The notes beneath the pieces are model-generated. The model was given only the letters and a program-made list of their open reading frames with translations. It was not told the DNA's origin and did not search any database. From the NCBI GenBank assembly GCA_963770745.1, contig CAVYRA010000004.1, forward strand, positions 383,667 through 447,666: DNA of 64,000 bases. The letters run 5' to 3'. A program made the translations under genes and the position numbers. Positions 28,269 through 36,500 of this stretch are shown in pieces. The stretch's first letter is position 1, and every line of letters begins with the position of its first letter. Source of the stretch: an uncultured Rikenellaceae bacterium (GTDB lineage: Bacteria; Bacteroidota; Bacteroidia; Bacteroidales; VadinHA17).

Positions 28269-30064
28269 CACCTGTACATCGATTTCTGCCTGGTGAACAT
28301 CGAGAAATACCTGCCGCGGGCCGTCATCAGCTCCTCATGAGTCCCCGATTCTGCTATCCGGCCACTGTCGAGGACAATGATCCGGTCAGCCTCCCTGACG
28401 TTTGAAAGCCTGTGACTGATGAAGATGCAGGTCCTCCCTGCAGTGATCTTACCCAGATCAGAGAATATTTCATATTCTGAGTCGGCATCAAGCGACGATG
28501 ACGGTTCATCAAGGATCAGCACCGGTGCCTCGCGGTAAATGGCCCTGGCAATGGCAATCTTCTGCCACTCGCCCCAGCTGAGCTCACGCCCCCCCTCTGT
28601 ATGATGACCGAGGAGGGTCTCATAACCCTCCGGGAGGTTTTCAAGCAGTCCGGCCAGCCCCGCCCTGGTGATGGCATCACTGAGACGCTGTGGATCTTCA
28701 TTTCCTTCTGCCGCGCCCAAACGGATATTGTCACCGGCGCTCAGGAAATAAAGCATAAAGTTCTGGAAAACCACTGAAAACAGCTGCCGGTATCCGGCAG
28801 GATCGATTGCATCAATGTTGCTGCCGTTGAGCATGATACGGCCGCTGTCAGGATCATAAAGCCTGCACAGAAGCTTGACCAGCGTGGTCTTGCCCGATCC
28901 GTTCGGCCCCACAACAGCCACCTTTTCGCCCCTGGCTATCTTCAGGCTTATATCCCGCAACGCCGGTCCCGATGCCCCCGGATAGGTGAAGTTTATATTT
29001 TCCACAGTGATATCGCTGAATAAGGACGGGTCAGGCCCCTTCTCCCCGCCTGTCATATCGCCCTGCATATCAAGGAACCCGAACAGGTCCTGCAGAAAGA
29101 GGCTGTTCTCCGCCAGTCCCGAGTAACCTGTGACCGCATCGCGCAGGTATACCAGTGCCTGCCTGAAGGCAACCACATACATTGCCAGTTCGCCAGCAGT
29201 GATGGACGATCTCAGGTAAGAGGTGGTAGCATAAACAAGCACACCGGCAAAGGCCGCCATCTTTATAACTGAAGCAACGCTGTCAGGGATGATGCTCTTT
29301 CCGGCATCAGTAATCTCAGGCTCCCGTGAGGCGCTGAAGTGTTTGCGGAACAGTCTCTCAAAATAGCCCCCCAGATCAAAGAGCCTCACCTCCCTCGCCG
29401 GCTTCTCTCCCGTCAGGAGCCAGCTGAAGTATGACGCCTGACGGTTGTCCTCAGTGGTTCTCTTTCTTGTGCGGTAGAGCCTTGCGGAATAGCGCGACCT
29501 GATCAGGAGAACCGGGATGAATACAACTACCAGCACTGCCAGAGGGATAATGCCAAAGGTCCTCAGTACATATCCCATCGCAATGAATGAGACCACCCCG
29601 CGCATCAGAAGGACCAGGTCATTGACCATCGCCGCGGGCCTCCACGAGATGTCGTTTGCGGCTCTCGCAAGCCTGTCATGAAAGAGAGGGTCCTCAAAGA
29701 ACTTTAAACCGAGGTTGTTGGCATGGCTGTGTATCAGTGATGAAATATGCCCCTCAACCAGGTATGAGTGTCTCTTTGCCAGGTAGTGCCCGGCATACGA
29801 CAGCAGGTCGTCGGCAAGCAGTACCATCGCCATGGCCAGTATGAGCCAGGTGAACCCGGCTGGTGATGAGGCTTCTGTCGATGAGACCGCGGCCTCGCCT
29901 GCGGTACCTGTTATAGCGTCAACAAAAAATCTTATCAGAAAAAGTGCAACCAGGGGAAGAAATGACCTGACAATGAGAATTATAAGGCTTGCCGCCGTCT
30001 CCGTGCGGGAGCTTTTCATAAGAATCGTGAGTGACCGTGATATGATCTTCCGCTGCAGCTTCAT
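28268..30064 (-). CDS. ABC exporter, fused permease/ATP-binding protein
   Basis: ORF 28268..30082. N-terminal six-TM-type domain, GPNGSGKTTLVKLL (Walker A), LSWGEWQKIAIARA (signature variant), VLILDEPSSSLD (Walker B). Start placed at ATG 30064 because the GTG at 30082 lies inside the -7 box. Confidence 0.85.
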   Translation of the reverse strand: MKLQRKIISRSLTILMKSSRTETAASLIILIVRSFLPLVALFLIRFFVDAITGTAGEAAVSSTEASSPAGFTWLILAMAMVLLADDLLSYAGHYLAKRHSYLVEGHISSLIHSHANNLGLKFFEDPLFHDRLARAANDISWRPAAMVNDLVLLMRGVVSFIAMGYVLRTFGIIPLAVLVVVFIPVLLIRSRYSARLYRTRKRTTEDNRQASYFSWLLTGEKPAREVRLFDLGGYFERLFRKHFSASREPEITDAGKSIIPDSVASVIKMAAFAGVLVYATTSYLRSSITAGELAMYVVAFRQALVYLRDAVTGYSGLAENSLFLQDLFGFLDMQGDMTGGEKGPDPSLFSDITVENINFTYPGASGPALRDISLKIARGEKVAVVGPNGSGKTTLVKLLCRLYDPDSGRIMLNGSNIDAIDPAGYRQLFSVVFQNFMLYFLSAGDNIRLGAAEGNEDPQRLSDAITRAGLAGLLENLPEGYETLLGHHTEGGRELSWGEWQKIAIARAIYREAPVLILDEPSSSLDADSEYEIFSDLGKITAGRTCIFISHRLSNVREADRIIVLDSGRIAESGTHEELMTARGRYFSMFTRQKSMYR

Positions 30065-30081
30065 CTTAACAGTGATATTCA

Positions 30082-30089
30082 CAAAGATA
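30082..30089 (-). promoter_or_regulatory. candidate -7 promoter box (TATCTTTG) for ABC-nucleotidyltransferase operon
   Basis: Exact TAnnTTTG on the minus strand, 18 nt upstream of ATG 30064. Confidence 0.4.
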
Positions 30090-30168
30090 GCAAGAAGAGC
30101 TATTCATAACTCCTATGCAATTGTTCTTAATTGACCGGCACAGCTATTGACGGAGAGGAGAGAATTCT

Positions 30169-30176
30169 TACTTTTG
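30169..30176 (+). promoter_or_regulatory. candidate -7 promoter box (TACTTTTG) for the beta-helix T9SS cargo gene
   Basis: Exact TAnnTTTG, 57 nt upstream of ATG 30233. Confidence 0.3.
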
Positions 30177-30232
30177 CAACAATTTCGGATTCTATCAGTT
30201 ATATAAGAAAATACAGGGCTATCTATTTAAGG

Positions 30233-32973
30233 ATGAAAACAGGACAACTTGCAAGGCTTGGCATAAAGGGGGGCTTTTTGTTCACCTGTATGTCCTTACT
30301 GTCATTATTGCCGTTATCAGGGCAGTTGGTAGGAGACGGCTCTATGGCAAATCCGTATAGCGGTTTTCTGGCAGGTAATTTTACCATTTCCGGAACGAAG
30401 TACTTCAACGGAAACATATACGTTGACAATGAGGTACTTACTGTCAGCCCCGGGGCAACACTCATAGCTGTCCAGAACAGAGCATCCATCTTTGTTACCG
30501 GCACCGGCCGGATAATGGCTGTCGGAACAGGGTCAAGCCCGATCCTCTTCACATGCGACATCGACAAAGATGGCATCAATGCTGAGCCCGGCGAATACTG
30601 GGGGAACATCAACATAAATTCATCCGGCACCAGCCAGGTGACGTACAGTACTTTTGAGAATGGCAGAAAAGATTTCTTCAAGTTTGGACTGCTCGGCGGA
30701 GGACTGCGTCTGGCATCATCAGCTGTGACTGTTACAAACTCCACCTTCCGCAACTGTGTTGCCGAAAGGGGAGGGGCCATCGCTGTCTCAACGGGGCCAC
30801 ACCCTCCATCTCTGCCTGTACCTTCCTGAATAACAGTGCTATTATACAGGGAGGCGCCATCTATACCGAAGCAGGTTCATCACCTCTCATAGAGAACTCC
30901 CTCTTCAATGGTAACAGCTCCGGATCGCCAACCCTCATGGGAGGAGCGGTGGCATCCCTCTCCGCAGCACCAAAAATAGTTAACTCCACCATTGTAAACA
31001 GCTCATCGTCCGCCGGCGACGGAACATCACTTTATCTTGAGAACTCCCCGGCAGCAATCGTTGTCAACACCGTTATCTGGGGCGGTGCGAACCATGTGCG
31101 ACTGAACGGCACCCCGTCGTCCGTACTGGAATACAATGCCATAGAGGGCGCTTCATATGCCGGTAACCTTACTCTCAACAGCGTGAACAGTGCCGCTGAC
31201 GGACCCAATTTCATCGATCCCGCCGCAGGCAACTTCAACATCGCATTTACCTCCCCGTTGCGCGACAGCGGTGCAGAAACCTATCCGGGCATAACCATCC
31301 CGACGCGTGACATCGTCAATTCATCACGTATCCATATTACCGACAGGGGAGCCTGGGAGATGATATACAGCCGCTGGAACGGTAGCTTCAGCACATCATG
31401 GGGTTATCCCAAGAACTGGGATGGAACCTTTCCTCCGGGAGACAGGAATGTTGTCGTTCCTGCCGGACTGGCAAACTACCCGGTTAATGTTCCCGGCCCT
31501 GCCTTCACATTGAATGCCGGCCTGAGGATGATCGTCGAGCCCGGGGCCAGGGTGACCTTCACATCACTTACAAATAATGGCACCGTTGAGCTCCGTGCAG
31601 ACGAGACCGCCATGGCGTCGGTTATCACTAACAGCTACTCAGGCGCCGGAGGTAATATTCACGTCGGCCTTTACCTTAAGGGGGCACCCCCGGACATCGA
31701 TATATGGCATTATATAGCAGCCCCGGTCACTGTCTCAAAGACAGTGTTCACGGATATCGAACCTGACTTTCTTTGTAGCTATGATGAAAGCAAGGTGCTT
31801 ACAGATGTTGTTGAGGGATGGCAGTGGCATGACGGATATGGAGGAACAACACCCTTCTCCAACCTTGAAGCCAAAAAAGGATACGATGTCCTTGTCATAC
31901 AAGACACAGTTATGGTTTACAGGAACCTCAAGGCGCTGACCACCTCCCTTGGCCGGTTTGACCTTCCCTTCAGCGGTTCGGGAGGAGACACTACAATCTA
32001 TGGTTATTCGCTGCTGGGGAACTCTCTCACCTGCGGAATAAACTGGGATATGGTTACCGTTTCCGACGCTAACGTAAGAAATGCCTATTACCTCCAGACA
32101 GAAAATGGCGAAGCATCATACGTCAACGGAGTGGGTACCAACGGAGCCACGGCACATCTGCCGCCGTTGCAAGGCTTCTTTGTCAGGACACGTGCAACGG
32201 GAACCTACATCACAATTCCCGATAACGCCAGGGAACACAACGCCACAGCCAGATATAAATCAAACATCATTCTGCCGCTCCTGAGGCTTGCACTCACTTC
32301 TGCTGTATCGCAGGATGAGATGGTCGTCAGGTTTGAACCGGCCGCAACAATGGATTTCGACATCGAATACGATGCCGGCAAGATCCTCAATCCAGTGGTA
32401 AAAACTGCGAAGCTATACTCTGTAACAGGGGGAGAGCAGTATTCCATCAACTCCATCCCCTGGCCTGAGAAAAAGACAGTAATCCCGCTTGTGGTAATCA
32501 TACCTGAAGCTGGAACATTCAGTATCAAAAGGAGCCAGGTGCCTGCCGGAGGAAACTGCACTATCGTGCTTACTGACCGCATGACAGGCAAAAAGGTTGA
32601 TCTCCTGGCGTATTCTGAATACTCCTTCTCCGCCCCTGAAGGAACGATCACTGACCGGTTCACGCTGACAATATCACCTGTTGAAAAGTCAGCCGTGACA
32701 GAAAATGAGCCCGAACCGATTGTCAGCTCACTTAAAATTTACTCCTCTTCCGGAATGGTATACGTTCTGCCTCAGGGGCCTGACTGGGATGGCATCAGCG
32801 GAAAAGTAAGGATCTTCGATATAACCGGCAGGATGCTTGTTGCCGAAAATAACGAGCGTTTCAACTCCGGGGAGCTGAAAGAGTATTATATGTCATCTGC
32901 AGGGGGCCTTCTTATAGTTGAGGTCACGGTCGGACAAAAAAGATATCTTGAAAAGGTAGTATTAACCAAATAA
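30233..32973 (+). pseudogene. secreted parallel beta-helix protein with T9SS type A C-terminal sorting domain, one frame break at ~30790
   Basis: ORFs 30131..30829 and 30937..32973. Signal peptide MKTGQLARLGIKGGFLFTCMSLLSLLPLSGQ. GGAI-type beta-helix repeats (NSTFRNCVAERGGAIAVS | NGATPSISACTFLNNSAIIQGGAIY) continue across the frame change. C-terminal LKIYSSSGMVYVL...VRIFDITGRMLV...LIVEVTV resembles Por_Secre_tail. Confidence 0.7.
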
Positions 32974-33038
32974 CCAGCACAATAAAGACTGAACATTACA
33001 GGTTAATATATGTTTAGGGGGGAATAAATCAAATGCCT

Positions 33039-33046
33039 TATATTTG
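33039..33046 (+). promoter_or_regulatory. candidate -7 promoter box (TATATTTG) for the 58-aa gene
   Basis: Exact TAnnTTTG, 22 nt upstream of ATG 33068. Confidence 0.4.
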
Positions 33047-33067
33047 GGGCGCAATATCAGTCAGTCA

Positions 33068-33244
33068 ATGAAAAGGAAGAAGAGAAGATATGTCAGGCCA
33101 GCGGTGATCCGCATAGAGCTTGACAACTCTATCTCCCTTGTCATGATGACATCAGCGCCTCCTCACCCTCCAAGAAGAAATAACAGCAAGAGTGACCCTT
33201 CCAGCCCCTTCTCCTCGCCCTTCTCAGACAAGCCATTCAGTTGA
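33068..33244 (+). CDS. small 58-aa protein: basic N-terminus, YxxP leader-like motif, Ser/Pro-rich tail ending in Ser (candidate RiPP precursor)
   Basis: Within ORF 33044..33244. MKRKKRRYVRPAVIRIELDNSISLVMMTSAPPHPPRRNNSKSDPSSPFSSPFSDKPFS. It has a promoter box at canonical spacing and a GC hairpin 11 nt after its stop. Confidence 0.45.
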   Translation: MKRKKRRYVRPAVIRIELDNSISLVMMTSAPPHPPRRNNSKSDPSSPFSSPFSDKPFS

Positions 33245-33255
33245 TATACATACAG

Positions 33256-33276
33256 AGGCGCCCACACCGGGCGCCT
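33256..33276 (+). terminator. hairpin AGGCGCCC-ACACC-GGGCGCCT after the 58-aa gene
   Basis: 8-bp GC stem read directly. The downstream U-tract is short (TTGCTATAAT), so the terminator call is tentative. Confidence 0.4.
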
Positions 33277-33457
33277 TTGCTATAATCACCCGGTTCTGCG
33301 ACAAGCAGTGCTGTATTTATAAAGACATACACACCCGCACCGGGCGCCTTTGCTATACTATGTCCTTTCCGCGGGTAGCAGTGCTCTTATCATAAAGACA
33401 TACACACTGCACCGGGCGCGTTCGTCATATTCAACCGTTTTCACGACTTACCGTGCA

Positions 33458-33497
33458 GTGATATAAAGGCAGAGGCGCCCGGTGGGGCGCCTCTGCC
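33458..33497 (-). terminator. rho-independent terminator of the giant adhesin gene
   Basis: 13-bp perfect stem GGCAGAGGCGCCC / GGGCGCCTCTGCC (33468-33480 and 33485-33497) with a 4-nt loop, followed on the minus strand by TTTATAT. Begins 25 nt after the stop at 33522. Confidence 0.7.
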
Positions 33498-33521
33498 ATA
33501 GTTATTCCCATTGACATGCTA

Positions 33522-36500
33522 TCAATGGAGCAGCGTGATGTCTCCTGCCTTCTTGAACGGTCTGCCATTGGCATACTTGCCCTCCACGAGCCATACATAG
33601 ACTCCCTGCTGGCAGAGCTTGCCCTTGTAATAGCCGTTCCATGGCCTGTTGATGTCGAAGGTCTCGAAGATAAGCGTACCCCACCTGTTGAAGATCTGCA
33701 TATGGTATTCAAGCACGGTCTCCCTGATCGGCGGGAAGAAGAACATATCCATCTCTTCACCGCTGTTGGGCAGCTCATCAATCTCTATCGGACCGTCAGG
33801 GCTGGGCTTGAAGACCGTGGCAAAGACCAGGTCTCCGAAAGGCTCAACAGTGACTCCGGGCGACTTAATGTAGGTGTCATAACACCCGTTCGCAGAGTAG
33901 GCATGAAGGGTTATGTCATAGATTCCCTCGGTGGTGTACCTGTGGAACGGATCGCGCACATGCGACGTATCACCGTCACCAAACTCCCAGATAAAGCTCG
34001 ATCCACCGTCAGAGAGGTTGAACATCCTCACCTGCTCATCATTGACATATACCTTCGGCGGCGAGACATCAAAGTAGGCCCTGGGTGACGGATAGACATT
34101 GACTATCCTTGACCTGGAGGCATTCCCGCCCGGACCGGTGACATACAGTGTGATCTGGTATGTGCCCGGCTGTACATAGGTGTATGTCGGATTGGCAGCA
34201 TTGGACGTGTAACCGTCACCAAAGTCCCAGTAGTATGTTGTGGCATACAGCGAGGTGTTGTTTGGTGAAATGCTCCATGGATTACAGCCTGACGGTATCG
34301 AGTCAAAAGCCGCTATCGGCGGTGTGGGAAGAACCCTGACCGTCTGAGTCACCATCTCCGTGCAGACACCGTTGCTGACCGTCAGGTTCACGTTGTAGTC
34401 GCCCGGGGCGGCATAGGTATGAACCGGTGACTCCGCCGGCGATGTATTGCCGTCAGCGAAGTTCCAGAGCCAGTTCCATGTGCCCGGGTTCGTGTTGTTC
34501 GTGAAGGTGACTGTGGCAGCCGGGAATATCTGCGATGCCGGCGCGGCAACAAATGCTGGTACCGGCTTCGGATAAACTACCAGCGGCACCGTCGTCTCAC
34601 TGATGCAGCCGAAGAACGATTCGGTCCGCAGCGTGACGTTGTAAGTCACCGGGGCAGTGGTGGCATTGTAGTATATATGGTTGACGACATTCGAACCGGT
34701 TGCAACGTTACCGTCCCCGTAGGTCCAGTAGTAATTCAGGGCGGTGGGCACGGTCGAGAAGGTGACGTTTTCGCCGGAACAGATGGTGTCATCACTCATT
34801 ATGAAGTCAGAGAGTATCTCAGGAAAGACAGTTATGTTGTTCTCCATCGATGATACACATCCGTTTGCCGAGGTGACCTCCAGCCTGACCGTATAGAATG
34901 CCAGGGCAGATCCAAGGTTCGGATATGCATGCGTCGGACTGATCACTGTCGAAGTCTGAGAGTCGCCAAAGTTCCAGAGGACTGAAACATAACCTGCAGA
35001 CCCGTTGGTGAAGCTGACCGTCAGAGGCTGACATCCAGAAGTATTATCTACCGTGAACATGGCAACAGGCTTCTCAACCTCGATCACCAGGGTGTCAAGT
35101 CCTGTGCATCCCTTACTGTCGGTCACCTGGTATGTCAACCTGTAATAGCCGGCCATAGAGGTGTTGAACACAGGATTCTCGATGTTGAACTGGCTCAGCG
35201 GACCGATATCGCCGAACCATCTGTGGTTCGTGTATACCAGCGATCCTCCTGCAGGATTACCGTGCAGTTGTGTGGGCACGCCACCGCATACAAGCAACGT
35301 ATCAACAGGCGCTATCTGTGCCGTCGGCCATGCGTTGACCGTCAGCAGTGCTTCGCGGGTGTAGTAAAGCCCGCACGGACCTGTGATCTCGAGCCTGAAG
35401 AGCCAGCCGTTCATCGCGGTGGTGGCGCTCATAACCACCAGCTGCGGTGTCTGGGTGCCCTGGTAGAGAGCTCCGTCACTCAGGGTATTCCAGCCTGAGC
35501 CTTCATTGACCTGCCATACCGTGGTCTCACCCGCTCCGGTGTTGAACACCTGCGAGAAGAACGTGGCGCCGGTCTGGTCACAAACCTCGGCATCAGCCGG
35601 CTGGGTTATGATCGAAGGCTCCATGTAGACTCTGAGAGGTGCGAACGAACTCGTGACAGGAGGCAGACATGTGCCTGACACAACCACCCTCACCAGGTAA
35701 CCGTTCATCGAGAGATTAAGGTTATTTATGGTAAGGTTAGGTGTGGCGGTTCCGGAATAGGTGGCATTATCCGTCACATTGACGAACCCTGCCCCGCTGT
35801 TGACCTGCCACTGGTAGGTAATGCTTGTGCCCGTGGCAACAACGCTGAACGTTGCACTTCCTGCCGGACAACCTCTGAACTCATCGGGATGGTCAGATAT
35901 CTCCGGAGCTGTGTAAACTGTCAGAACAGCCTCGTTTGAAATGAGGTCAGCCGAACAGTCGCCACTGATGACTACCCTGTAACGGGTACCGTCCATGGTT
36001 CTCTGCGGACCGAAGACCATGAGAGTCGGGCTCTGGACACCGAGGTACAACCCTGTATTAGTCATATTGATCCAGTTCGTCCCGTCAAAGGTCTGCCACT
36101 GGTAACTCAGGTTGGCACCGTCGGCAAGAGCGGTGAAGCTGGCCGTCATGAACTCGCAGATGGCCGCGCTGGCCGGGTGCGTGTTGATGATGGTCTCAAT
36201 CGAGACATCAAGTTGTACAGTCTGCGAAATTGCCTTCGGCACACATGTCCCTGTAACCTCGACACGGTAACGGTAGTTATCGTAAGTCCTTGGGACATTC
36301 GTCAGCGTCAGCGTGTTCGAGGTGGCGCCTCCATAGACGCCGCCGTTGCTTAACGCAGTGAACCCTGATCCGGTATCGACGAACCACTGGTAAGTGATGG
36401 CTGTACCCTGTGCGACAACCGTGAATGATGTATTGGTGTTCTCACAGATCGAAGAGGCAACGGGCTGCGCAAGTATCTCCGGGGCGGTGTTGACCGTCAG

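Larger units (their letters stand above)
33244..33500. repeat. degenerate ~70-75-bp tandem repeat x3.5 in intergenic DNA
   Basis: Units start at about 33244, 33319, 33392 and 33462. Shared blocks are ATAAAGACATACACA..CACCGGGCGCCTTTGCTATA and GCAGTGCT.T.AT. The first and last units keep full GC hairpins. Confidence 0.75.

Noticed and set aside
33192-33395. 67-aa plus-strand ORF overlapping the end of the 58-aa gene.
   Set aside because: It runs through the intergenic tandem repeats and hairpins in a different frame, and has no promoter box or recognisable protein features.
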